From Acidimicrobiales bacterium (lineage in GTDB: Bacteria; Actinomycetota; Acidimicrobiia; Acidimicrobiales; GCA-2861595): 64,000 nt of DNA. A program made the position numbers and the translations under genes. Shown here in pieces: positions 7,920-17,120 of the stretch (positions are counted from its first letter, which is position 1; each line of letters opens with the position of its first letter). The stretch spans positions 913 through 64,912 of the forward strand of contig JBKJNA010000027.1 of NCBI GenBank assembly GCA_046596195.1. The letters are read 5' to 3'. The notes below the pieces were generated by a model. The model was not told where the DNA came from, did not search any database, and saw only the letters and a program-made list of their open reading frames with translations.

Positions 7920-7989
7920 CCGGCCCGGGAGGACGGTCCATCAACAGCTCGCTGGTGCAACGTCCCGAAGGGATGGCGCGCCAGTGACC
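7916..7989 (+). repeat. MIRU-like 68-bp interspersed repeat, copy A
   Basis: GTGACCGGCCCGGGAGGACGGTCC...CTGGTGCAACGTCCCGAAGGGATGGCGCGCCA|GTGACC, about 85% identical to the units at 29879-30016. It exactly fills the GNAT-NUDIX gap. Confidence 0.85.
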
Positions 7990-8415
7990 CTGCCCGTGGA
8001 GCACATGCAGACCCTGCGGCCCGAGGTCTGCGTCGGGGCGGTGACCGTCGATGCGGAGCGCCTGCTCCTGGTCCGCCGCGGGCACGGCCCCGCGGCCGGC
8101 GAGTGGTCGGTACCGGGGGGTCGGGTGGAGTGGGGCGAGACGCTGGCCGAGGCGGTCCTGCGCGAGGTGGCGGAGGAGACAGGCCTCGAGGGCATGTGCG
8201 ACGAGCTCATCGGATGGGTCGAGCGCATCGACGACGACCACCACTTCGTGATCCTGGACTTCCGGGTCAGCGTGCTCGACCCGGCCGACCCGGTGGCGGG
8301 ATCGGATGCGGCCGAGGCGGCGTGGGTCCCCCTCATCGACGTGGCCGACCTCAACCTGGTGGACGGCCTGGCGGAGTTCCTCCACGAGCACGGGATCCTC
8401 GACGTCATCACCTGA
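7984..8415 (+). CDS. NUDIX hydrolase
   Basis: Nudix box [24 protein letters not shown]. The start is GTG 7984 (inside the repeat) or ATG 8002. Confidence 0.85.
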   Translation: MTLPVEHMQTLRPEVCVGAVTVDAERLLLVRRGHGPAAGEWSVPGGRVEWGETLAEAVLREVAEETGLEGMCDELIGWVERIDDDHHFVILDFRVSVLDPADPVAGSDAAEAAWVPLIDVADLNLVDGLAEFLHEHGILDVIT

Positions 8416-8477
8416 TCGAGATCCGACGTCGACTCGGTTCACTCCTCGGTCCAACGCCCAGCGGAGTCCGACCACCC

Positions 8478-10313
8478 TCACGAAGCGTCGGTGCTCGGCT
8501 CCAACGGGCGCTCGGACTCGCCGGCGGGCGCTGCGGGCGGAGGGGCCTCGTCGGTCGCCGGCACCTCGGGCACGGCCACCGCGGTGGCCGCTGTGTTCCC
8601 GGCGAATGCCGGCGCCGTTGCCGCGTCGGCGGCCACAGGCTCGGTGGCCGGAGTGTCGCCGGTGACCGCGGGCGCTATCCGTGCCTCGGCGGGCGGCACG
8701 TCTATCGGGGTCGGCTCGGCGGCGGCCGCGTGGTCTTCGCCGGCCGCAGGCCTGGACGGCGTCGTCGGTGCGACATCTGCCGCGGGTGCCTCGCCGGCAG
8801 TCGGTGCCGTGTCAGCGGCGGCAGGTGCGCCAGTGGCAGCAGCAGTGCCGGGGGGCGGCGGCGGCGGGCGGCGGCGGGCGGGGGGTTTGGTGTCGCGACC
8901 CGGCCGGCTGCCGGGGCGGGGGGGACGCGGCGGGCCGGGGGGTGGCGGCATGGTGATGCCGAGGAGGGCCGCCAGCGCCGGCACCCGTCCGGAGGCCTGA
9001 CGGGCGGCCTGCAGCAGGGGCTCGCCCGGCTCGGCCGGCAGCGCCACCGGCTTCACCGTGCGCCGCACGGGGGAGTCGGCCACTGCCTCGAGCAGGGTGG
9101 CCCACCGGTCGGGTGTGGCCTCGGCCGTCATGGCCGCGCCGGCCGCCTCACCGAGGCGGACAGCCAACTCGGCCGGGAACCGCGTCGAGGGATCAGGCGG
9201 GTGGGCGGACAGGCGAAGCGCTCGCACCAGGCGGCCCTCGTCGAGCGAGCCCGACATGTCGGCGACCCACTTCTCCCGCTGCTCCTCCACCCGGCGCTCG
9301 AGGGCCTGACGAAGGGTGCCGGCGAGGATCCGGCCGTCGTCGTCGCGGGCGGCGTCGGCGCCGGACACGACAGAGCGGAGGTCGCGCAGGGACACCTCGT
9401 CGACGACCTTGGCCGCCGCTTCGGCCCGGTCGCGCCACTCGGCTGCCTTCAGCTGGGGGAGCAGTTGCTCCGCCATGGCCACGAGAGGGCCGGCCTGGAC
9501 CTCGGGCTCGCCCTGCTCGCGTAGGCGGGCGTTCTGGGCGTCGACGGCCTGGCGCACGGCCGGGATGCCGCCCCGAAGGACCTGCTCGGCGATGGGGCGC
9601 TGCTCGGGAACGAGCGTCTCCACGACGGCGGAGCGGTGGGTGTTGGCAGGAGCGAGCCGCTTGGGCTTGGGTGCCGCCTCGGTCGGCGCCTCGCGGCGAC
9701 GGTCCCGACCGGGGGTGCGGTGCCCACCCTCAGGACGCGGACCGCGTTCGGGTCGACCGCCTTCGGGGCGGGGAGCACCGGCACCCTGGGCGGCGTCGGT
9801 GCGGGGACGGGCTCCCTCGGGGCGCGGACGCCCTTCGGGCCGCGGCCGCCCGCCGGTGCCCGGGGGTCGACCACCGGTGCGCCCGGCGACGTCGTCGCGT
9901 GGGCGGGAGGCGCCGGCGCCCCGACCGCCGAAGTCCCGGCCGCCGGGGCCGCCGGGCCGGGGCCCGCGGTCACCACGGTCGCCTCGGTCACGGTCGCCAC
10001 CGCGGGGCGAACGGGGCCGCTCGGACTTGGGCACCAGCGACGACGTCACCCCCTGGTGGTCACGCTGGGGGCCGATGATCTCGAGGCGTTCCGGCTCCGA
10101 GCGCTTCTTCTCGCGTGGCGGCAGCACGGCGGTGATGAGGATGCCCTCGATCTCGAAATCGGCGTCGGCGCGCACCACGTCGCCGACCTGTGCACCCTCG
10201 TAGAGCAACGCCGCATCGACCACGCCCTTGGGCTGCTTGGCCCCTGCGGCGCGCCACGTCCACGTGCCGTCACCCTTCGTACTCGTGAGCTCGACTTCGA
10301 TGCGGCGACCCAT
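8478..10313 (-). CDS. Conserved hypothetical protein with a globular N-terminus and long Pro/Arg/Gly/Ala-rich low-complexity regions
   Basis: 611-aa ORF. The N-terminus is MGRRIEVELTSTKGDGTWTWRAAGAKQPKGVV, followed by RPRPEG-type repeats and a structured central domain. Coding GC3 bias is present. Confidence 0.55.
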   Translation of the reverse strand: MGRRIEVELTSTKGDGTWTWRAAGAKQPKGVVDAALLYEGAQVGDVVRADADFEIEGILITAVLPPREKKRSEPERLEIIGPQRDHQGVTSSLVPKSERPRSPRGGDRDRGDRGDRGPRPGGPGGRDFGGRGAGASRPRDDVAGRTGGRPPGTGGRPRPEGRPRPEGARPRTDAAQGAGAPRPEGGRPERGPRPEGGHRTPGRDRRREAPTEAAPKPKRLAPANTHRSAVVETLVPEQRPIAEQVLRGGIPAVRQAVDAQNARLREQGEPEVQAGPLVAMAEQLLPQLKAAEWRDRAEAAAKVVDEVSLRDLRSVVSGADAARDDDGRILAGTLRQALERRVEEQREKWVADMSGSLDEGRLVRALRLSAHPPDPSTRFPAELAVRLGEAAGAAMTAEATPDRWATLLEAVADSPVRRTVKPVALPAEPGEPLLQAARQASGRVPALAALLGITMPPPPGPPRPPRPGSRPGRDTKPPARRRPPPPPPGTAAATGAPAAADTAPTAGEAPAADVAPTTPSRPAAGEDHAAAAEPTPIDVPPAEARIAPAVTGDTPATEPVAADAATAPAFAGNTAATAVAVPEVPATDEAPPPAAPAGESERPLEPSTDAS

Positions 10314-10582
10314 GTCGTCTCAACCTACCAATGAGCGGCGGACGCGACCGATCCCTGTCGTGAAGACGACCGACGTCCGCAACCATCTCCCTACATAATC
10401 ATGCTTTAGCAGGGAGATATCGCCTAGTCCCGGCCCAGTGCGGTTCGACTGCCAAATTGGGCCTTGTCGCTCACCGACTCGCATGCTTTAGTCCAAGGGG
10501 TGTACAAACCGCTCACCCGAGTCAGCAGACCCACGGGAGTGCTGCCAGCCTGCTCGTCAGCGAGGGGCCCGACGTTCGGTCC

Positions 10583-11152
10583 GTGACGCAACGGTTCTCG
10601 ACAGCGCCAACGGCTCGCCTTGAGCTGGTGTTGACGTCGATCATCCTCTGCTACGTCGGCGGCGCGGTCATGTTCACCCTGCACTGCGTCCTTCGGGGCG
10701 AGCACGGGCCGGCGTTGAACGACTGGTACCACTGGCTTCTCGACTCGAGCGTGGGATTCCTGCTGTTGACCCCTGTACTGGGCGTACTCATCCCCCTCTC
10801 CCGGTGGATCGTCCGTCGCCACATCGCCACCAAGCCGCCGGGAGGCCTGGCCGACTGCGCCGTCCTCGCCGGGCTCTTCACCCTGGTGACTGTTCCCGGG
10901 CCGACGATCCACGGCTGGCTCCTCGGCGCCGACACGCCCATGGCCAGGATGGCGACGAGCACATTCGGCGAGGACCCGTCGGTCGCGGCGCGGATGCTGC
11001 ACCGCACCCCACCATCGCTCCTCAGCGAGAGTCTGCTCCAGGTCCTGATCGGGGCCCCCGTCTACCTGGCCTGTACCTTGCTTGCGTTCAAATGCCTGGC
11101 GATTCGGGACCAGCGTGGGAACGCCTACGACAACACCCTCCTCCGCCGGTAG
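10583..11152 (+). CDS. Hypothetical integral membrane protein
   Basis: In-frame GTG at 10583 in ORF 10457..11152. It has 4-5 hydrophobic helices and good GC3 bias, but local GC is lower than its surroundings. Confidence 0.5.
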   Translation: MTQRFSTAPTARLELVLTSIILCYVGGAVMFTLHCVLRGEHGPALNDWYHWLLDSSVGFLLLTPVLGVLIPLSRWIVRRHIATKPPGGLADCAVLAGLFTLVTVPGPTIHGWLLGADTPMARMATSTFGEDPSVAARMLHRTPPSLLSESLLQVLIGAPVYLACTLLAFKCLAIRDQRGNAYDNTLLRR

Positions 11153-11537
11153 ACGGCGACAAGGCGCCAAGAATCATCGGAGTCGGCAGTTTGTCGGGGC
11201 GGGGCCTTCAGCGGCGCCGACGTCAGCGCCGAAGCTTCCCGAGCCGGCCAACCTGGTGGCACTGAAGGGCGAGGTCCAGCGACGAGGGGATGGGCCCGGT
11301 CGCTACTTTGCCCCTGGTGACACGGACCCGAGTACTGGGCCGTCCCGCCAAGTGGGGCAAAAGCCACGCAGAGCCATCGTCGGCTGGTCGCCGCCCACGC
11401 CTTGTGAAGGAATTCAAGGAAACGGGACTTGTGCCGAAACCTCCACTATGCGCAACTTGTGGAAGCGACAAAACTTGACGAACCGGTCACGGCGGACCGC
11501 ACGATTCGGAAGGCATCCCGTGTTCCCTTCGAGAACA

Positions 11538-13220
11538 ATGCATCACGCTGCGTCCCGAGCCGTGCCCCATGCGCGGCGTGCCGTCGTGGTCGCGCTGGCG
11601 GTTGCTGCGTCGCTCCTCGCCCCACTGGCGCTCGCCGGCGCCTCGGGACCAGCCCAGAGGGCACAGGCGACAGCCGGCGGCGGCGACGTGCGTGTCATCG
11701 TGATGTCCCCCGCAGGCGGCGCCTCCGGTGCCGCCGCCGCCGTCGGCGACGTCGGCGGCGTGGTCACCAAGGCGCTCGACCTGGTGGACGGTGTCGCCGC
11801 CACCGTGCCCGCAGGAGGCGCCGCCCGCCTGGCTGGTACACCGGGCATCGCGGTCAGCCCCGACCTGGCGGTGCACGTCCAGGGCGAGGTTGGTGCTCCC
11901 GCCGGCCTGTCGGCCTTCCGCGACGTGGTCGGTGCCACCGAGCTCAACGCCCAGGGCAACCGGGGCGACGGCGTCACGGTGGCGGTCATCGACACGGGCA
12001 TCGCCGCCGTGGGTGACCTGGCCGGGCGCATCGTGGCGGTGAAGGACGACGTGAAGAACGTCATCACCGCCTGCGTGAACCTCTCCGGCGAGGCCGACTG
12101 CGGCGACTCCTACGGGCACGGGACGTTCATGGCCGGCCTCATCGCCGGCAGCGGCGCCGCCTCCGGCGGTCGGTACGCCGGCGTGGCGCCGGGCGCCCGA
12201 CTGGTGTCGATCAAGGTCGCCGGCCGTGACGGCTCGTCGGACGTGTCCACCATCCTGAGCGCCCTGCAATGGGTGGTGTCGTTCAAGGACCGCTACGGCA
12301 TCCGCGTGCTGAACCTGTCGCTCGGCACCGACTCCACCCAGAGCTACCGCATCGACCCGCTGAACTACGCCGTGGAGCGGGCGTGGACCGCCGGCGTGGC
12401 CGTGATCGTGGCCGCGGCGAACCGTGGGCCCGCGCCGCGCACCATCTCCAAGCCCGGCGACGACCCCTGGGTCGTCACCGTCGGCGCCATCGACGACCGG
12501 GGCACGGTCGACCTGGCCGACGACCACCTTCCCGACTTCACGTCCCGGGGCCCCACCGCCGCCGACGGCCTGGCCAAGCCCGATGTAGTCGCCCCCGGGG
12601 CCCACATCGTCTCCCTGGCCGCGCCCGGCAGTGCCATCGCCACCAACTTCCCGAGCACGGTCGGCGGCGGCTACCAGGTCGGCAACGGCACGTCGATGGC
12701 CACCGCCGTCGTGTCGGGCGCTGCTGCCCTGCTCATCAGGGCCGACCCGACCATCACACCCGACCGCTTGAAGTTCGCCCTCATGTCCACCGCCCGACCG
12801 GGCGCCGTGCCCGAGGCGGCCGCCGTCGGAGCGGGCGTCATCAGTGCTCCGGCCGCCACCACCGCTGCGCCCGGCACGGCCAACAACGGGCTCCTCCTGT
12901 CGACGGGCCAGGGCTCGCTCGAAGCCAGCCGCGGCACCGCGCAGGTCCGCACCCAGGGCTTTTTCTCCGTCGTCGTAACCGCCTCGATCACTCCGCAACT
13001 GCTGCCGTGGGATGCCGTCCGGTTCCTCACCGGCTCGTGGGGCGCCGCCTCCTGGTACGCCTCGCCGGCCTACCTGGTGCCGTGGCAGACGCTCCGCTGG
13101 GAGGGACTCACATGGCAGGGCTCGAAGTGGCACGGGTCCAAGTGGCAAGGCGGGTACGACACCACCAGCGTGTACGGCCGGAAATGGCAGGGCTCCGACT
13201 GGTACGGGGCGTGGGACTAG
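11538..13220 (+). CDS. Secreted S8 family (subtilisin-like) serine peptidase with a Trp-rich C-terminal tail
   Basis: ATG at 11538 followed by a signal peptide. The catalytic triad is VAVIDTGI (Asp), HGTFMAGLIAG (His) and GTSMATAVVSGAAAL (Ser). Confidence 0.85.
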   Translation: MHHAASRAVPHARRAVVVALAVAASLLAPLALAGASGPAQRAQATAGGGDVRVIVMSPAGGASGAAAAVGDVGGVVTKALDLVDGVAATVPAGGAARLAGTPGIAVSPDLAVHVQGEVGAPAGLSAFRDVVGATELNAQGNRGDGVTVAVIDTGIAAVGDLAGRIVAVKDDVKNVITACVNLSGEADCGDSYGHGTFMAGLIAGSGAASGGRYAGVAPGARLVSIKVAGRDGSSDVSTILSALQWVVSFKDRYGIRVLNLSLGTDSTQSYRIDPLNYAVERAWTAGVAVIVAAANRGPAPRTISKPGDDPWVVTVGAIDDRGTVDLADDHLPDFTSRGPTAADGLAKPDVVAPGAHIVSLAAPGSAIATNFPSTVGGGYQVGNGTSMATAVVSGAAALLIRADPTITPDRLKFALMSTARPGAVPEAAAVGAGVISAPAATTAAPGTANNGLLLSTGQGSLEASRGTAQVRTQGFFSVVVTASITPQLLPWDAVRFLTGSWGAASWYASPAYLVPWQTLRWEGLTWQGSKWHGSKWQGGYDTTSVYGRKWQGSDWYGAWD

Positions 13221-15724
13221 GACCGACGCCGTCGGGCGACGACGACGACCTGGGGGGTTTCCCGGTCGCCATCCGGTGGCTCTCCCTGGCGCTCGTCGGC
13301 GCCGGGGGAGCCAGCGCGCTCGCCGCCGCCCACCTGAGGGACGCCACCGGCTCACTCCCCCCGCTGGCCGTCCTCGCCCTCATGGGCGCCCTGGTGGGCG
13401 CCGCCTGCCTCCAGTTGCGCTTCTCCTACCGGGACCAGTTCGAGGCGCTCGACCTCTTCGACGCCGTGCTGGCGCCGGCGGTGTTCTCGCTGTCAGGGCC
13501 GGTGGTGGTGGTGGTGGCGGCCGCGGCCATGGCGCTGTCGGAGGGCATCCTCCATACCCGCCCGGTCAAGGCGTTCTTCAACGTGGCCCAGTGGGCGGCG
13601 GCAGCCGGCGCCGGGAGCCTCTGCTACGCCGTGCTGTCCTCCGGCGGCGGCGCCACGGCCCGCAACCTCGGCGCCCTCTCCTTGTCGATGGTGGCGGTGT
13701 CGGTCGTGAACCACGGCGCCATGATGGCCGTGTTCTCCCTCATGCCGGCCGGGCAGCGGGGCCCCGCCGCCGAGGTCGTGCCCGGCCGGCGCTGGGCCCT
13801 CGGCGGCACCGTGAACCTCGCATTGGGTCTCCTGCTGGTGGCGGCCATCGACACCAGCGCGCTGGCCATGGCCCTGTTCGCCGTGCCCCTCAGCATGCTG
13901 CACTGGGCCAACCGGGGCTATGCCGAGGGTCGGGCCGACAGGGCCCGCCTGGCCGGCCTCCAGCGGGCGACCCACGTGCTGGTCGGCCCGCTCGATCCAC
14001 GCGACGCCATCGCCGCATTCCTGGCCGAGGTGCGCGGGTGCTTCGGCGGCGAGGTGGCCGAGCTCACCCTGGTCGACCCCGACGACGACGGGTACCGGGC
14101 GCAGCGTCTCGCCAGCGCCGACCCGGCGTCGGTGCGCAGTTCCCGCCTGCCGCCCGGCGCCGGGACGCTCGCCGTCACGCTGCTGCGGGCGGGTCGGCCC
14201 GCGAGCGTTGCCGGCGCCAGCACCGGGCCGGCCGGGGCGCTGCTGCGAGAGGAGCGGTGGCGGAACTGCCTGGCCGCGCCGCTGATAGCCGACGGAGAAG
14301 TGCGGGGTATCCTGTGCGTCTACAACCGGGGCGGGTTGGAGAGCTTCCAGGCCGGCGAACTCCCGGTGTTGGCCGCGCTGGCGGCCGAGCTGATGGGCGC
14401 CCTGGAGAAGGCCACACTGGTCGAGAAGGTGCTCCATCAGGCGCTGCACGACGCTCTTACCGGGCTCCCCAACCGCACGCTGTTCCACGAGCGGGTCGAC
14501 CGGGCCATCGCCGCCGGGACGGGGGGCGGGTCGGTCGCCGTCATGCTCCTCGATCTCAATCGGTTCAAGGAGGTCAACGACACGCTCGGCCACTACCACG
14601 GCGACCTGCTCCTGCAGGATGTGAGCCGCCGCATCCAGTCCGCCCTGCGCCCCGACGACACCGTCGCCCGCTTCGGCGGCGACGAGTTCGCCATCGTGAT
14701 CCCCCGGGTGTCCGATGCCGGCGATGCCGAGGGAGTGGTGAAGCGGGTCCTGCGGGCCGTCGACGAGCCGTTCGTCGTCCAGGGCCTGGCCCTCGACGTG
14801 GACGTGGCGGTCGGCATCGCCCTGTACCCCGAACACGGAAGCGACGCCGTCACGCTGCTCCAACGGGCCGACGTGGCCATGTACTCGGCCAAGGCGTCGC
14901 AGCGCGGCTTCGAGCACTACGTCCCCGCCAACGACCGCTACAGCCCGCGCCGCCTGTCGCTCGTCACCGAGCTGCGGACAGCCGCTTCCCGGCGGGAGTT
15001 CCAGGTCCACTACCAGCCGAAGTCCTGCCTGCGCACCGGGCGCGTCACCGGGGTGGAGGCGCTGCTGCGGTGGCACCATCCCGTCCACGGCCCGGTGGCG
15101 CCGGACGAGTTCATCCCCATCGCCGAGCAGACGGGCAGCATCCGGGTGCTCACCACCTACGTGCTGCGCGAGGCGCTCACCCAGTGCGCCACCTGGCGGG
15201 CGGCCGGCCTCGATCTCGAGATGGCCGTCAACCTGTCGGTGCGCAGCCTGCTCGACGCCGACCTCCCCGGTGAGATCGCCGCCCTGCTCACCGAGACCGG
15301 CGTGCCGAGCCGGTGCCTCACCCTGGAACTCACCGAGACCAGCATGATGACCGACCCTGGGCGCACGGCCGAGGTTCTGGCCCGCCTCCATGACCTTGGA
15401 CTGCAATTGTCGATCGACGACTACGGCACCGGGTACTCGTCCCTCGCCTACCTGCGCCATCTCCCGGTCGACGAGATGAAGATCGACAAGTCATTCGTCA
15501 TGCGGATGGACGTCGACGACGACGCCGCCGTCATCGTCCGCTCCACCGTCGACCTCGGCCACAACCTCGGGCTGCGGGTGGTGGCCGAGGGCGTGGAGAC
15601 CAACGAGAGCTGGGAGCGACTGGTGGCGCTCGGCTGCGACTCGGCCCAGGGGTACTTCGTGAGCCGGCCGGTGCCCGCCACCGAGGTGGCCGCCCTCGTG
15701 GAGCGGCGCTCCGTCAGTCGTTGA
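13211..15724 (+). CDS. Membrane-bound GAF-GGDEF-EAL protein (c-di-GMP turnover)
   Basis: The GTG at 13211 overlaps the S8 stop. About 8 TM helices are followed by a GAF-like segment, RFGGDEFAIV (GGDEF) and EALLRW...DDYGTGYSSL...KIDKSF (EAL). Confidence 0.85.
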   Translation: MGLGPTPSGDDDDLGGFPVAIRWLSLALVGAGGASALAAAHLRDATGSLPPLAVLALMGALVGAACLQLRFSYRDQFEALDLFDAVLAPAVFSLSGPVVVVVAAAAMALSEGILHTRPVKAFFNVAQWAAAAGAGSLCYAVLSSGGGATARNLGALSLSMVAVSVVNHGAMMAVFSLMPAGQRGPAAEVVPGRRWALGGTVNLALGLLLVAAIDTSALAMALFAVPLSMLHWANRGYAEGRADRARLAGLQRATHVLVGPLDPRDAIAAFLAEVRGCFGGEVAELTLVDPDDDGYRAQRLASADPASVRSSRLPPGAGTLAVTLLRAGRPASVAGASTGPAGALLREERWRNCLAAPLIADGEVRGILCVYNRGGLESFQAGELPVLAALAAELMGALEKATLVEKVLHQALHDALTGLPNRTLFHERVDRAIAAGTGGGSVAVMLLDLNRFKEVNDTLGHYHGDLLLQDVSRRIQSALRPDDTVARFGGDEFAIVIPRVSDAGDAEGVVKRVLRAVDEPFVVQGLALDVDVAVGIALYPEHGSDAVTLLQRADVAMYSAKASQRGFEHYVPANDRYSPRRLSLVTELRTAASRREFQVHYQPKSCLRTGRVTGVEALLRWHHPVHGPVAPDEFIPIAEQTGSIRVLTTYVLREALTQCATWRAAGLDLEMAVNLSVRSLLDADLPGEIAALLTETGVPSRCLTLELTETSMMTDPGRTAEVLARLHDLGLQLSIDDYGTGYSSLAYLRHLPVDEMKIDKSFVMRMDVDDDAAVIVRSTVDLGHNLGLRVVAEGVETNESWERLVALGCDSAQGYFVSRPVPATEVAALVERRSVSR

Positions 15725-16083
15725 CGGCTCGGGCCATGTGTCCTCACCGGTACAGTTCGGCCGTGCCCAGCCGTGTCGCCGAACACGTCGTGCGGCGCCG
15801 GCCATTCGGCCGCCCGCAGCGCCTGCGGGTCGACCTCCACGGCGTCTCCGTCTTCGGCCCCGGCGACCATCACCAGGCCATCCGCTGGGAGTGGATCGAC
15901 TCGATCAGGGTGGCCGGTGGCGTGGTCGTCACCGGCAAGGGCGCCGAGATCCTCCTGCCCCCCGGCGCCTTCGGCCTCGCCCCCGACGCTCTGGCCGATT
16001 GCCTGCGGGAGGCGGGCGACATCGTCAACCGCACCGAGGTGATCGGCCGCCTCGGCGGCGCCGCCCCGCTCCACGGGGACTGA
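15721..16083 (+). CDS. Hypothetical protein
   Basis: 120-aa ORF whose TTG start overlaps the EAL gene stop (alternative ATG at 15736). No motif recognised. Confidence 0.4.
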   Translation: MTARAMCPHRYSSAVPSRVAEHVVRRRPFGRPQRLRVDLHGVSVFGPGDHHQAIRWEWIDSIRVAGGVVVTGKGAEILLPPGAFGLAPDALADCLREAGDIVNRTEVIGRLGGAAPLHGD

Positions 16084-16210
16084 GGCCCGCACGGGCGCTG
16101 GGTCGCACGCGCCGGCGGTCGAAGCGTTCCGGACGAGCGACCGGCTGCGCCATCCGGACGGCGCCAGACGGCATCGGGAATAATGAGCACTCGACCCAGG
16201 AGGATCCCCG

Positions 16211-17047
16211 ATGCGCCGGCTCACGATGTTCCTCACCCTCCTCGCAGCGACCGCGTCGTTCGCGGTGGCCGCTCCCGTCCCCGCACACGCGGCGGTGCTC
16301 AGCGCCACGCTGGTTCCCACGCCCACTGGCCTCGGGTACTGGCTGGCCAACGCCGATGGCGGGGTCTTCGCCTACGGCGACGCCCCGTTCCTCGGATCGG
16401 CCGCCGATCTCCGCCTCAACGGCCCGGTGGTCGGGATGGCCCGCACGCCGACCGGGCAGGGCTACTGGCTGGCCACGTCGGGAGGCGGCGTCTTCGCCTA
16501 CGGCGACGCCAACTTCGTGGGATCGGTCGCGTCCATCCAGGTTTCGCAGCCCATCGTCGACATCGTGGCCACCCCCAAGGGCGACGGCTACTGGCTGGTG
16601 TCGGCTGACGGCGGCGTGATCCCGTTCGGCAAGGCCACGTTCCAGGGGTCGCTGTCGACCACCGGCATCAAGCCGACCAAGGCGGTCGTGGGCATGGCGG
16701 CGACGCCGAGCGGGAATGGATACTGGCTGGTGGGGGGCGACGGTGGCGTCTACGCCTACGGCGACGCACGCTTCGTGGGATCGACCGGCGCCCTCCGCCT
16801 GAACCGGCCCGTGGTCGGCATGGCCCGCACGCCGAGCGGCGCCGGCTACTGGCTGGTGGCGTCCGACGGGGGCGTCTTCGCCTTCGGCGACGCCCGTTTC
16901 GCCGGCTCCACCGGGGCGATCCGGCTGAACCAGCCGGTCCTGCGTATGGCGCCCACGCCCTCGGGCGCCGGCTACCTGCTGGTGGCCTCGGACGGCGGCG
17001 TCTTCGCCTTCGGCGACGCCCGCTTCGTGGGGTCCCCCGCCGCCTGA
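16211..17047 (+). CDS. Secreted repeat protein with six ~42-aa GYWLV..DGGVFAFGDA.F.GS blades (putative beta-propeller)
   Basis: Signal peptide, then 6 tandem repeats. AGGAGG sits 7 nt upstream of the ATG. Confidence 0.75.
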   Translation: MRRLTMFLTLLAATASFAVAAPVPAHAAVLSATLVPTPTGLGYWLANADGGVFAYGDAPFLGSAADLRLNGPVVGMARTPTGQGYWLATSGGGVFAYGDANFVGSVASIQVSQPIVDIVATPKGDGYWLVSADGGVIPFGKATFQGSLSTTGIKPTKAVVGMAATPSGNGYWLVGGDGGVYAYGDARFVGSTGALRLNRPVVGMARTPSGAGYWLVASDGGVFAFGDARFAGSTGAIRLNQPVLRMAPTPSGAGYLLVASDGGVFAFGDARFVGSPAA

Positions 17048-17120
17048 CCGGGGACCGTTAGGCGCCCGCCAGACTAGGGACGCCATACTGGCGACACAGA
17101 CACTCGTGAGCACCTAAGGG

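Noticed and set aside
10436-10456. tRNA-like T-arm (GGTTCGACTGCC)
   Set aside because: The G53-C61 closing pair and a 5-bp T-stem cannot be formed, and there is no acceptor or anticodon arm context.
11354-11375. GGGGCAAAAGCC-ACGCAGAGCC, resembling the two conserved segments of the c-di-GMP-I (GEMM) riboswitch, upstream of an operon that includes a GGDEF-EAL gene
   Set aside because: The two segments are directly adjacent. The P1 hairpin with its GNRA loop that should separate GGCAAACC from GGGACGCAAAGCC is missing, and no P2 or tetraloop-receptor context is visible. This needs cmsearch (RF01051) to be sure, but by eye it does not fold as GEMM.
12269-13210. N-terminal 314 aa of the 1151-aa ORF as part of the GGDEF-EAL protein (and similar upstream extensions of thyX-like, trpA, hisB, hisD, hisH and the lipoprotein ORFs)
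   Set aside because: These extensions overlap the preceding gene out of frame and translate to low-complexity Arg/Pro/Gly sequence. Internal starts with SD-like sequences or 4-nt overlaps give native-looking N-termini.
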